Shown in pieces: positions 36,499 through 47,185 of a DNA stretch of 53,786 nucleotides (its first letter is position 1; each line of letters opens with the position of its first letter). The position numbers were made by a program, and so were the translations under genes. The notes under the pieces were generated by a model, which was not told the origin of the DNA, did not search any database, and saw only the letters and a program-made list of their open reading frames with translations. Source of the stretch: Algicola sp. (GTDB lineage Bacteria > Bacteroidota > Bacteroidia > Flavobacteriales > Flavobacteriaceae); NCBI GenBank assembly GCA_018222875.1, contig JAAEZL010000005.1, positions 1 through 53,786 on the forward strand, written 5' to 3'.

Positions 36499-37071
36499 TT
36501 ATTTTCTTTTTCCTATTTCTTTTGCAGGTGCACCACCATATATACAATGTTTTAATGTTTTAGTTTTTTCTAAAATAACACTATTGGCGGCTATAATGCA
36601 ACCTTCTTCAATTATCGAACCTTTTAAAATTCTTGAACCTGCACCAATCCAAACATCAGAACCTATTTTTACAGCCTTTTTTGAATAGCCTTGTTGGTTT
36701 ATTCTTTTCTCAATATTAAACTCATGACCTCCATCTCTTATACTCACATATTCTGCAATCAATGAATGACTACCTATTTCGACTTTATCAATTGAACTTA
36801 TTGTAATATCCTGAGTAAGATTGACATTATCTCCTATAATTAACTTACCTGAATCGGACACATAAAAAGTAATTCTATAGCCAATCGTTACATTGTTTCC
36901 AATACTTATATTTTTTTGGGGAATACTTCTAAAAACAGGGAATCGCTTACATTTTAAACCAGACTTCACCTCACAACCGTGAATTTTTAGATATATTTTT
37001 AACACAGTGCCTAGAAATTTGTACAACAAATTTCTTGAAATTTGACTTACTTTATATAGTGGTTTAATCAT
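36499..37071 (-). CDS. Hexapeptide-repeat acyltransferase
   Basis: IGSDVWIGAGS, GGAPAK. Confidence 0.85.
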   Translation of the reverse strand: MIKPLYKVSQISRNLLYKFLGTVLKIYLKIHGCEVKSGLKCKRFPVFRSIPQKNISIGNNVTIGYRITFYVSDSGKLIIGDNVNLTQDITISSIDKVEIGSHSLIAEYVSIRDGGHEFNIEKRINQQGYSKKAVKIGSDVWIGAGSRILKGSIIEEGCIIAANSVILEKTKTLKHCIYGGAPAKEIGKRK

Positions 37072-37810
37072 GCTTCAAAATTTTCTTTATCAACTTGACC
37101 ATTCTACAATAATTATAACTGTAAAGATATTTTAAATGATTCCCTGTTTTATGTGTTTTGTGTATTTTGAATGCTTCTTTATGACTGTAACAATTATGAC
37201 TTACCCGATTATCTGCTCCAACTGTCATAATGCATACTGGAAATTCCAATCGGTAAAAATTACAGTTTTGCATTTTAAATCTAAGCATCAATTCATAGTC
37301 TGATGCACTTCTATATTTTGTATTAAAGTCACCATAGCGATTGTAAACCGTTTTGCGGATAAATGTTGCCGGATGATAGAGTTTTGTATGTGTTTTTTCT
37401 AATTCTAATGTTGGTACCAGTTCTTCACTTAAAGTATCATTGCGTAAATTAAATACACTACCATAATAAATGTCTGCTTTTTGTTCACTATGTACCTCAA
37501 CCATATCTTGTATTACATGATTATTATAAAAATAATCATCTGAATGACAAATACCTATCAAATCTCCATTTGCAACTTCAATTCCTCGATTTAGGGCGTA
37601 ATACATCCCGTCATCTTTTTTTGATTCGAAAAAATCAATGCTATCAGAATACTTTTTAATAATCTCAACAGTTCTGTCAGTAGAACCACCATCAATAACA
37701 ATATATTCAATATTATTATAGGTTTGATTAATAACACTCTTTAAGGCTTTCTCTATGGTTTGCTCCCTATTGAATACGACTGTAATAATAGATATTAATG
37801 GTTGTTTCAT
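37064..37810 (-). CDS. GT2 family glycosyltransferase
   Basis: ISIITVVFN, IDGGSTD, DDGMYYALNRG, HSDD, SDYE. Confidence 0.88.
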   Translation of the reverse strand: MKQPLISIITVVFNREQTIEKALKSVINQTYNNIEYIVIDGGSTDRTVEIIKKYSDSIDFFESKKDDGMYYALNRGIEVANGDLIGICHSDDYFYNNHVIQDMVEVHSEQKADIYYGSVFNLRNDTLSEELVPTLELEKTHTKLYHPATFIRKTVYNRYGDFNTKYRSASDYELMLRFKMQNCNFYRLEFPVCIMTVGADNRVSHNCYSHKEAFKIHKTHKTGNHLKYLYSYNYCRMVKLIKKILKHD

Positions 37811-37814
37811 TTAG

Positions 37815-38408
37815 TTATAAATTTCGAATAAATTGTGCTGGATTTCCTCCCCAAATTTGATTTGGTGGAATAGACTTTGTAACGACGCTGCCAGCTCCGA
37901 TTATAGAATTTTCACCAATAGTAACTCCTTTCAGAATGGTTACTCCTCCACCAACAAAAGCCTTATCTTCTATAATTACAGGAGCGCTTAGAATCTCTCG
38001 ATCTCCATTAAAGCAGCGCTCTTCTGGATCAATACTATGGAAATTTGTGTCCCATATTTTACAACTATTACCTATAAGAACATGGTTACCAATGCTTATT
38101 TTATTTGTGCAATAAATCGTACTATTAGACATCCCAACATTGCTTCCTATGTCCAACACAGCATTTTTGGTTACAATTATTTTTAATTTAGTATCACCAC
38201 CTATTGGTGTAAAAGAAAGACCCGATTTTGCTTTAAAACCATCACCTATTGAAATCTCACCTTCATTCTTGATAAATAATGTTCCGTTTATATTGTAATG
38301 TTTTATTTGAACATTCTCTCTAAGAAATACCAATTTCATAACAAGTTTATTCCAAATAAAATTTAACTTATTAGTTAAAACCAATATTTTTTTCAAAATA
38401 AATTGCAT
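37815..38408 (-). CDS. Hexapeptide-repeat acyltransferase
   Basis: DTNFH, LKGVTIGENSIIGAGSVVTKSIP, GGNPA. Confidence 0.88.
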   Translation of the reverse strand: MQFILKKILVLTNKLNFIWNKLVMKLVFLRENVQIKHYNINGTLFIKNEGEISIGDGFKAKSGLSFTPIGGDTKLKIIVTKNAVLDIGSNVGMSNSTIYCTNKISIGNHVLIGNSCKIWDTNFHSIDPEERCFNGDREILSAPVIIEDKAFVGGGVTILKGVTIGENSIIGAGSVVTKSIPPNQIWGGNPAQFIRNL

Positions 38409-38411
38409 GAT

Positions 38412-39662
38412 TTAAGATTTTTGAATAATTGTGTTATACGTTGTTATAACTTCCTCAACCACTTTTGATGGTTTATGTCGTTCCAAAGCTCTTTTTCTTC
38501 CATTATAACCATAAGCTTTGGCCTTTTTATAATCATTTTTCAATTCAATAATAGCACCTGCAAGTTCGTAAGGCTCACCTTCCTGAACCAAAATACCTTC
38601 ACGGTTATTTTCGAGAATTGAAGAAGTTCCTCCAACATTGGTTGCTACTAGTGGCATTCCTAACATCATGGCTTCGCATAGACTATTTGGGCTATTCTCG
38701 ATATGACTTACCTGACAATAGATATCTGATTCTAATAATTTTTGGATGAGTTCGGTTTCATTCATCACACCGAGTAATTTAATTCCGATATCGTCAAGAT
38801 CCTGTTTTAACCAAACTTTTACGGCTTTAGGAATAAGATTATTTTCATTTAAACCAACCACATACCATTCTGCTTCAATACCGTAATCATGCAGTATTTT
38901 TGCTGTTTTAACGATTAATTCAAAACCCTTGTAAGCCACATCACCAGTGGTTGTAATTAATTTTATGGGTTTATCAAAGCTCGATTTGTTCCATATATTG
39001 TTGTCATTATAGAAAGCTTGACGAAGGATTTCATTCCCAAGAAAATAATTGCTTTCCGGAGCCAAAAGACGTGTCACTCGTTTATCCCAATCTGTGCGTC
39101 CCATGATATGCTTGGCTACTTTAAGTATGTGTCGTTCCCGTTCTGCATTTAATATAAAAGCATTATTAAGTGCTTTAAAAAAATGAATGAAACCTCGTCT
39201 TTTTATTTGTTTCAAATACTTTTCAGGTACACCAGAAAAATACTTTTCTAAATACGGACTTAAAATTCCTTGAATTGAGATGAGCACTGGTGTAGTTGTT
39301 TCATATTGAATTAAACCAAAATTTAATTCCGTTCCATGCACATGAATGACATCAGGATTGACCTGATTTACAATGTCGTTTATTTTTTTAATCTCTGCAC
39401 TCTGATTATTGTTTCCAGAAATTTTATGACGAATCTTTTTTAAAAAACTTTTTGGTTTTGAAGTCGTAATTGGGTAGTACGTTGTATTATGAAATTCAAA
39501 AGGCTCCAGATCTTCTGGCCAATAAAAACAAATACTGAGTTCTATATCTTTCTGCTTAACCATATGATAATTTAGAGCCTTAAGCCAACCACCCGATTGG
39601 GTATTTGGTGAAAGCTTTTCAATAGCATAGCACGGATTATTTGAAAGCCATAATATTTTCAT
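38412..39662 (-). CDS. GT4 family glycosyltransferase
   Basis: HVHGTE, YKG, SHIENSPNSLCEAM, TNVGG. Confidence 0.85.
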   Translation of the reverse strand: MKILWLSNNPCYAIEKLSPNTQSGGWLKALNYHMVKQKDIELSICFYWPEDLEPFEFHNTTYYPITTSKPKSFLKKIRHKISGNNNQSAEIKKINDIVNQVNPDVIHVHGTELNFGLIQYETTTPVLISIQGILSPYLEKYFSGVPEKYLKQIKRRGFIHFFKALNNAFILNAERERHILKVAKHIMGRTDWDKRVTRLLAPESNYFLGNEILRQAFYNDNNIWNKSSFDKPIKLITTTGDVAYKGFELIVKTAKILHDYGIEAEWYVVGLNENNLIPKAVKVWLKQDLDDIGIKLLGVMNETELIQKLLESDIYCQVSHIENSPNSLCEAMMLGMPLVATNVGGTSSILENNREGILVQEGEPYELAGAIIELKNDYKKAKAYGYNGRKRALERHKPSKVVEEVITTYNTIIQKS

Positions 39663-39686
39663 GTACTGATTTTAATTCGTTGTGTT

Positions 39687-40424
39687 TTAAAATTGATAAT
39701 CGAATAGCTCTATATCGTTTTTATAGACCAAACCTACAATATCTTTCATTTCTGGTGTGTAATAATCACGGTATTTACTATCCCTGTTTGGATTTTGATT
39801 TTCATGCTTTAATTCAATTGGTATGTTGAGTTTTTTTGATATAATTTTTATACTTTCATTAATATCTTCTAACTTAAATATATCATCAACAAGCACTTTA
39901 TTGTTTAATGTTATAAATTCATATTGCGGAATAAAGTGAATCCATTTGTAACTATTCTCAGTATTCAACCAATTTAAAACAAAGTCTTCAAAATTTTCGA
40001 ATTGTGATAAATTTTTATCAAACCATACCTTGTCCTTTTCATGAAAGCCGCCATTTTTCAGAAAAAAATAAGTTGATACTAATCGATCCCAAGGATTCCT
40101 TACAAATGTAAATTTGTAGTACTCATAGAACTCTGTTTTACTAAAAATTAACTGATAATCTTTTAGTTTCAGGTGGCTTCCACCATAAGTCCCAAATAGG
40201 GCTTTATTTACTGAAACTCCTGCAGCCTTGGGGATATGCACAAAGATACATTTTAAATCGTCAAAGCCTTTTAATGACATATGATTACCTTTAGTTTCAA
40301 TCTTACGTAAGGCTTGCTTCTGTTTAAACCCCTTAGGCTGTTTAAATTTAAAAAAGTAATACCTTAGGTTATAGGGCAGTTTCCAAATGAATCTATTGTA
40401 AAATAGTTTTTTTATTTGTTCCAT
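39687..40424 (-). CDS. Sulfotransferase (Sulfotransfer_2-like)
   Basis: 5'-PSB FVHIPKAAGVS and 3'-PB FTFVRNPWDRLVSTY; C-terminal YKNDIELFDYQF. Confidence 0.85.
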   Translation of the reverse strand: MEQIKKLFYNRFIWKLPYNLRYYFFKFKQPKGFKQKQALRKIETKGNHMSLKGFDDLKCIFVHIPKAAGVSVNKALFGTYGGSHLKLKDYQLIFSKTEFYEYYKFTFVRNPWDRLVSTYFFLKNGGFHEKDKVWFDKNLSQFENFEDFVLNWLNTENSYKWIHFIPQYEFITLNNKVLVDDIFKLEDINESIKIISKKLNIPIELKHENQNPNRDSKYRDYYTPEMKDIVGLVYKNDIELFDYQF

Positions 40425-41785
40425 ACACCATGTGCCCTTAAGTTGATGATCTTGTTGTATTGTATTGTTTTTATTATTCCACTCAACAACATTGAAATAG
40501 TAGTCGCCATTATCACTCCAGACACACCCATATCTAAGTATTTCGCTAAGAATATGGATGCAGGAATGTTAAAAATTATCGAAAACATTGTAATATATAA
40601 TTGAACTTTGAGTTTACCTACACCATTTATAAAATACGTGTAAATCATATTATAAGACTGAATAATCACAAACAAAAACCAAAAGAACGATAGTGTAAAT
40701 GAAATATCAACCTTATCTCCCAACCATATTTTGAAAAAATATGGCGATATGATAAGCATCAAAAGCGAGCCTACAGAAAACAGCAACCATATTTTATTCA
40801 ATTTTTTCATTGATTTTTTTATCCATACAAAATCATCTTTGTGATAGGCATCTGTTACAGCAGACCAAAGCGGTTGCACTATAATTGCAAACAGCATCAA
40901 AGATATACCAAAATATTTATTTGCAATTTGATATGGTGTTACTTCTTCTGGCCCATAGAGCTGGGTAATAATTAAATTATCTGTTTAAAACAATAATATG
41001 GCAGCAACAGTTAGAAAAAAGAATTTAATACCTACGTTCATTATATCTTTTAGATAGGAAAAATCAACATAGGCAATTTTAGGTATAATGTTAGAATAGT
41101 CCTTGCTGAAATAATAAAATGTCAACCCTAACAAACTAATTATTGGAATCAGGCTAAACGCAGCACCTAATAACAGTAAAGAGCCTGTTGTGAATTTTAT
41201 CAAGATGAGAATGGTAATAACCTGCAGGCTTTTTATCAAAAATCCTTGTAAATTTATAATAGATGGCCTTTGATCTGCTGTTAAAATCGTGATAATAATC
41301 TTTAAAACAAATTGCAAGGAAAACGCTCCAAAAACAAATAATGCCAGCACAGATAAATCATCATTTAAAATGACTTTAGTATTTAAAATTCTTTCCCAAT
41401 TGATAAAAGAGTTCGCAATTAAAAAAATAATAAAAAAAATGCTGCTAATTATAGCCAACAAAGCATAAGTAGTGCTCACATAATATCTCAATTTTTCGAA
41501 TTCATTTTTTGCTTTAGCCTCTGCGAATTTATTCCTTAATCCATGACTCAAACCAACATCCATAAAGCTGAAATATCCGGTTAAAGAAAACAATAATATC
41601 CAGACACCATATTGCTCTTCATTTAAATAAGTTAAAACCAGGGGAATAAGCAAAAATCCCAAAGAAATATCAAGACCTTTAAAAAGATAAGAAAAAAGGA
41701 TATTTTTCTTAATCAGCTTATCACGTTGATGCCCTTTAAATAGCTGTCGCTTTAGTTTATTGATAAAACCAGATGTATTGAACAT
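40412..41785 (-). pseudogene. wzx: Wzx flippase interrupted by one in-frame TAA at 40985-40987
   Basis: ORFs 40985..41785 and 40412..40900 share a frame. Read-through gives AAILLF*TDNLIITQLYGPEEVTPYQIANKYFGISLMLFA, a continuous 457-codon multi-TM protein with MDVGLSHGLRN. Confidence 0.85.
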
Positions 41786-41923
41786 AAACTATTTACTTTA
41801 AAAACAACTCAATCATTAATTTGAGGTATTACTATTCAAAAAAAAATAAGATGTGTAAAATGGTGATCAAAAGCTTAAATTAACGTTTAAAAAAACTAAA
41901 AATCGTTTCCCTTCTTAAGGCTT

Positions 41924-41931
41924 CAAACATA
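41924..41931 (-). promoter_or_regulatory. Putative -7 promoter element for the polysaccharide operon
   Basis: Reverse complement reads TATGTTTG, with TTTG 17 nt further upstream. Confidence 0.45.
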
Positions 41932-42187
41932 AGCTATTTTCTGCTAAACAAAAAAAAACCTCATACATTTTAGGTGAAACTATTAACAATACTGTTGATT
42001 CGTTTTCTAGCTGTTAGTCAGGCTAATTTGTTTCATTATAAATTACCCTTTCAAATGATTTTTTAGATATTTCATGAGCTAAGAATCTAATCTAAAAAAG
42101 ATAATGAGTCTTACGTCAAAACTAATTATTTCTACTCAACAGACTTCGCTTTTTAATAAATACATAAGTTATAAACTTATATTTTGA

Positions 42188-42195
42188 TATATTTG
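42188..42195 (+). promoter_or_regulatory. Putative -7 promoter element
   Basis: TATATTTG upstream of ATG 42259. Confidence 0.55.
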
Positions 42196-42258
42196 CAAGC
42201 CCTAATTATCAATAGCTTAACCGAAAGCCATCTATTAAATTATACGTTGTATTGCTAT

Positions 42259-44415
42259 ATGATAAAGTTTTATACATTTTTACTGGTTTTATTCAGTTCT
42301 GTTTTAGGTTTTGCACAGCAAAATTTTAATAGTAATGAGTCAGAGACTGAAACTATAAACTCTTCGGTTTCAGATACAAATAATAATGTTATCACAGAGC
42401 AAGCCAATGAACTGGTTTTCATCAGACTAAGCGCCAGCGCTATTGGAAATTCATACAATACAGATATCTATTTTAATGATAATGCCAGTCGTGGGTTCGA
42501 TTTGGGATATGACGCCAGTTTTTTTGGTCCTGTCCCTGATTTTGCGATATACTCTCTGGTAGTAGAAAATAACACTGGCATACCTTTAGCCATACAAGCG
42601 GTTAACACCAGTGATTTACTGGGTGTAACTATTCCGCTAGGTGTGAATGCTGACGCTGGAACAGAATTAACCATTAGAATTGCAAGCTCGACCATACCAG
42701 CTACTACAAATGTTTACCTTGATGACACGGTTTTAAATACCTCAACTTTATTGAATACTACAGATTACGTCATTACGCCATCATCATCTTTATCTGGAAG
42801 TGGTCGTTATTTTCTTAGAGTTTCTGAGCCTGCTGTAACCTATACTTTTAACGAATCTTGGTCTCCAAGTGATCCAAATGGAATAGCGTCAGCTAGCGAT
42901 GATATTGTAATTGTTTCAGGAGATGCAAGTATTAACATCAATACAATTTGCAATTCAGCTCAAGTTAATCCTGGAGCTAGCCTCACCATAGATTCTGGGA
43001 TTACATTTACAACATCTAATGGCATCACTCTAGAATCTAATTCTACCAGCTATTCCAGTTTAATTTCAAATGGAATTGTCTCCGGAACTATCAGTTACGA
43101 ACGTTATGTAAACTCTAACAGCCTTGGTAATGATTTGATTTCTGCACCACTTGCCGGACAAACATGGTCCAGCTTTTTGAGTCCGGATAATGCAGAAGCA
43201 CTTCTTGATAATGGCAGTGGCATTTACGCTTTTGCTCCTTTTGACAAGACCACAGGTGATTTTGAAAATTACGAAGTCGGAACCACTGCAAATCTCACAA
43301 GCGGAGCAGGATATAGAGCAGCTACAGATAGTGGAACGACCTTGAGATTTACTGGCACATTACCTTCAAATACTGTGAGTGTTGATATTACTAATTCAGG
43401 TCCAAATTATGAAGAATGGAACCTTGTCGGTAATCCGTATCCTGCGTATTTAAATGTTCATCAATTTCTTCTTCATGATGTTGGTGGCACTATTAATCTT
43501 TCCTTATTTGATTCTGGTTCAGCTGCCATATATGGCTATGATGGCAATGCGGTTAATGGCTGGACGATTTATAATTTGGCAACCACAACGGCTTCAACAG
43601 TTATCACGCCTGGTCAAGGTTTTTTTGTTAGCGCAAATACAATAAATAATGATCTTTATGATTTAGAGTTCACATCGTCTATGCAAACTACCGGAACTTC
43701 AGATGATTTTATTTTAGGTCGTAATACCGAATTGACCTATTTAAAATTAAATCTAAACTCAAATTCTGAAGCCTTTACAACAGAATTTTACTTTAATGCT
43801 AATGCCAGCTCAGGATTCGATTTAGGATATGATGCTAATGTCTTCGGAAACACTCCAGACTTTGCCCTATATTCACACTTGATCCAGGACAATAGTGGTC
43901 ATGCTATTGCTTTACAAACCTTAAACACTTCAGATGTTTTAAATAGCATAATTCCTTTAGGTGTTAATGCAAACCAAGGCGAACAAATCACGTTTAGTAT
44001 TTCAGATTCTACCTTACCAGATACTATTAACGTTTATCTGGATGATACTTTAGCAAACACCACGACACTTTTAAATGTCTCCAATTATGTGATTTCTCCA
44101 GAAACACCTTTATCAGGAACAGGACGTTTTTATCTCAGAACTGCTGAAAATGCCTTGTCGACTGTTGAAAACAGTTTGGAAACATTGAATGTTTTTGCGT
44201 TAAATAACTCAAAAGAAATTGTAGTCAATGGCGTTTTACATGGCACTAACGTATTACATCTCTATGATATCCAGGGAAGATTAGTACTAAACCATTTGCT
44301 TGATAACACAGTCCTGCAGAATCGTATTGATGTCTCATCACTGCAAAAAGGAGTTTATATTGTTAACATTCAGAATAGTTCGCAACAAAAAACGCAAAAA
44401 ATTATCATCAATTAA
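42259..44415 (+). CDS. T9SS cargo protein, paralog 1 (duplicated ~140-aa module)
   Basis: Signal peptide MIKFYTFLL...GFA-Q; WNLVGNPYP region; CTD LYDIQGR...IDVSSLQKGVYIV...TQKIIIN. Confidence 0.85.
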   Translation: MIKFYTFLLVLFSSVLGFAQQNFNSNESETETINSSVSDTNNNVITEQANELVFIRLSASAIGNSYNTDIYFNDNASRGFDLGYDASFFGPVPDFAIYSLVVENNTGIPLAIQAVNTSDLLGVTIPLGVNADAGTELTIRIASSTIPATTNVYLDDTVLNTSTLLNTTDYVITPSSSLSGSGRYFLRVSEPAVTYTFNESWSPSDPNGIASASDDIVIVSGDASININTICNSAQVNPGASLTIDSGITFTTSNGITLESNSTSYSSLISNGIVSGTISYERYVNSNSLGNDLISAPLAGQTWSSFLSPDNAEALLDNGSGIYAFAPFDKTTGDFENYEVGTTANLTSGAGYRAATDSGTTLRFTGTLPSNTVSVDITNSGPNYEEWNLVGNPYPAYLNVHQFLLHDVGGTINLSLFDSGSAAIYGYDGNAVNGWTIYNLATTTASTVITPGQGFFVSANTINNDLYDLEFTSSMQTTGTSDDFILGRNTELTYLKLNLNSNSEAFTTEFYFNANASSGFDLGYDANVFGNTPDFALYSHLIQDNSGHAIALQTLNTSDVLNSIIPLGVNANQGEQITFSISDSTLPDTINVYLDDTLANTTTLLNVSNYVISPETPLSGTGRFYLRTAENALSTVENSLETLNVFALNNSKEIVVNGVLHGTNVLHLYDIQGRLVLNHLLDNTVLQNRIDVSSLQKGVYIVNIQNSSQQKTQKIIIN

Positions 44416-44663
44416 ACCTCCCTTTTTGGGTCACAAAAGCAAACGAAATCTAGTTTGGTTTTTTGTTTTAAATTTAAAACAATACACTTTCAAATGACTC
44501 ATTTTTAATGGGTACAATTCATAACATAATTTTGATCAAAATTTATCCGGTTTGACGCTTACAAGTTAGCGATAAAATAAAGCGCTTCATCCATAGCCAT
44601 TGGATTTAAACGTTTATAAATACCCTTCATAGAATTTTTATGTGTAGTACTAAATGGCAGTCC

Positions 44664-44671
44664 TAAATTTG
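44664..44671 (+). promoter_or_regulatory. Putative -7 promoter element
   Basis: TAAATTTG 48 nt before ATG 44720. Confidence 0.55.
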
Positions 44672-44719
44672 CACCGTCCCTCAAAAAAATAATACTAAAA
44701 ATTTAAAACTACTTATGTT

Positions 44720-46885
44720 ATGAAAAGGTTTTGCCTTGCATTTTTATTGGCTTTATTAATAAGCCCTATTGCTCTATCTCAAACAACTCTTTACTCTGAA
44801 AATTTTACTGGACAAAACGGCAAAGGAGCATCCGGAAACAATTTAGATGTTTCTGGAGTCAACTGGTCAATAGATGTTTCAGAAGCTGACCTAGACAGCT
44901 CAGGGAATAGTTTTGATTATTTCTACGTAACTGATGAAGCTTTTGCAGCAAAAGATACTGATGGTAATGTTATTTGGTATTCACCATCAATTAATATAAC
45001 CGGTTATGTTAATGTAAGTTTCACTTTGGACGCATATACATCTGGACATAATGACAATAACGACTCATTATCAGCGCAATACAGAATTGATGGAGGTACA
45101 TGGATTACTGCAGAAAACAACGGAAATTTAACCAATGATTTCAACCTTGTCGTCAGTCAGACAGAATTATCAGGCGATACACTCGAAATCAGAATTCAAA
45201 TTGAAAACGACAAAAATAACGAGGTTACAACTTTCGATAACATATGGGTTGTTGGAGATGTTGCTACTACTGAGCCTATCACCTATACTTTTGAAGACGG
45301 TGTTTGGTCTCCTTCTAATCCAAACAATACTACCAACTCTATTGACACCTTAAACATAGTTACTGGTGATGCGGTTATTGAATCTAACATCATTTGTAAC
45401 TCAGCTACTGTAAATGCAGGTGCAAGTTTAACTATTAATTCAGAGGCAACGTTAACAACAAACGATTTGACTTTAAAATCGAATTCGACTCGTTTCTCAA
45501 GTTTAATTTTGAATGGTAATATTATCGGAAACGTAAACTACGAAAGACACGTAAACGTTCAGGCTGGTGGAAACGATCTTATTTCTGCTCCAGTTACCGG
45601 ACAGACTTTTGGTAGTTTTGCTGCTGCAAACCCAAATATCTTTTCGAATCCTTCAAATCCTTCTCAAAAACTATTTGGGCCTTGGGATAAAGCTAATGCT
45701 TCATACCTTATTTATGATACCGACAATCCAGCAGACGCCAATGTCATTTTACAACCAGGTAAAGGATACAGAACCGCTTCTGCAGATAATAGTACATTTA
45801 CGTTTACTGGCACTGTAAATAAGGATGCTGTGAATATTGACATTGTTAATTCAGGACCTTTACAGCCGTTTGAACAGGAATGGAACCTTGTTGGAAATCC
45901 ATATCCATCTTATATCAATGTTCATGATTTCCTGTTACACGAAGTTGGTGAAGACGTAACAAATTTACAGCTTTTCGCCACTAAAACAGCTGCAATCTAT
46001 GGTTACGATGGCAATGCTGCCGATGACTGGACTATTTATAACTTGGCGACAACAACCCCTTCTACAGTTATTGCTCCTGGACAAGGATTTTTTGTGAGTG
46101 CTAATATAGATTTAACAGATACATACGATCTTGAGTTCACTCCAACTATGCGATCTACGGGTTCTAGTGATGATTTCATACTTGGTAGAAATGCCCAATT
46201 GACCTATTTAAAATTAAACTTAAGTAGTGGAAATAAGGTTTCAAAAACGGATGTTTACTTCAACCCTAATGCAAGTCTTGGCTTTGATCTTGGCTATGAT
46301 GCAGCAGTTTGGGGTGGAACTGCTTCGAATTTTTCAATCTATTCCAACCTTGTTGAAGACAATATTGGTGACGCTTTAGCTTTACAAGCTTTGGCCTATA
46401 ATGACATGACAGACGTTACAATTCCTTTAGGCGTCCATGCGAACCAAGGCGAACAAATCACCTTTAGTATTTCAGATTCTACCTTACCAGACACCATTAG
46501 TGTTTATCTGGAGGACACGTTATTGAATACAACAACACTGTTAAACACTTCCGATTACGTGATTACTCCGTCAACACCAATATCAGGAACAGGACGTTTT
46601 TTCTTGAGAACTTCTGAAGATGTGCTGTCAACATTTGAAAACAGCTATGACCAGTTGAATGTTAAAGCCTTAAACAAGTCAAAAGAAATTGTAGTGAATG
46701 GCTATTTAAAAGACACTAATGTATTGAATCTTTATGATATTCAAGGCAAATTAATTTTGAGCCATATACTCGACCATGCAGTACAACAGAATCGCATAGA
46801 TGTTTCTTCATTGCAAGCTGGAATGTATGTAGTTAACATTCAGAGTAATTCGCAACAAATAACGCAAAAAGTTATCATCAATTGA
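44720..46885 (+). CDS. T9SS cargo protein, paralog 2 (N-terminal beta-sandwich-like domain)
   Basis: Signal peptide ...ALS-Q; LYSENF...TFDNIWV domain; shared C-terminal cassette; CTD ending TQKVIIN. Confidence 0.85.
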   Translation: MKRFCLAFLLALLISPIALSQTTLYSENFTGQNGKGASGNNLDVSGVNWSIDVSEADLDSSGNSFDYFYVTDEAFAAKDTDGNVIWYSPSINITGYVNVSFTLDAYTSGHNDNNDSLSAQYRIDGGTWITAENNGNLTNDFNLVVSQTELSGDTLEIRIQIENDKNNEVTTFDNIWVVGDVATTEPITYTFEDGVWSPSNPNNTTNSIDTLNIVTGDAVIESNIICNSATVNAGASLTINSEATLTTNDLTLKSNSTRFSSLILNGNIIGNVNYERHVNVQAGGNDLISAPVTGQTFGSFAAANPNIFSNPSNPSQKLFGPWDKANASYLIYDTDNPADANVILQPGKGYRTASADNSTFTFTGTVNKDAVNIDIVNSGPLQPFEQEWNLVGNPYPSYINVHDFLLHEVGEDVTNLQLFATKTAAIYGYDGNAADDWTIYNLATTTPSTVIAPGQGFFVSANIDLTDTYDLEFTPTMRSTGSSDDFILGRNAQLTYLKLNLSSGNKVSKTDVYFNPNASLGFDLGYDAAVWGGTASNFSIYSNLVEDNIGDALALQALAYNDMTDVTIPLGVHANQGEQITFSISDSTLPDTISVYLEDTLLNTTTLLNTSDYVITPSTPISGTGRFFLRTSEDVLSTFENSYDQLNVKALNKSKEIVVNGYLKDTNVLNLYDIQGKLILSHILDHAVQQNRIDVSSLQAGMYVVNIQSNSQQITQKVIIN

Positions 46886-47120
46886 TTTCTCATATTTTAA
46901 GCATACAATTCACTATGCTAAAGCTTTACTTTTTCAGACAATATATTACATAAACTCGCTGAAACATAACAAGCATAATGGCTTCAATAACTATCAACTT
47001 TTATAAAATGTGACTTACGTGGAATTTTAGTGTCAAATAGATGTTATTAAATTTGTTAACATTAAACTTAATTTAACTGTTTGTTAATATTTTGAATTCT
47101 AGGCATGGAGAACTTTACAC

Positions 47121-47128
47121 TATATTTG
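47121..47128 (+). promoter_or_regulatory. Putative -7 promoter element
   Basis: TATATTTG 57 nt before ATG 47186. Confidence 0.55.
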
Positions 47129-47185
47129 TAATTCATTATTTATTTGCTATTAATTAACTCATAATTTTAAATTATTTAAATTGAA

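Noticed and set aside
40985-40987. Programmed recoding (Sec/Pyl) or frameshift in wzx
   Set aside because: The codon is TAA, not TGA or TAG, all other genes use the standard code, and the two halves are in the same frame.
41421-41960. Poly-A tracts in and upstream of wzx as phase-variation switches
   Set aside because: Runs of 7-9 A are common throughout this AT-rich window and the frame across them is intact; no direct evidence without reads.
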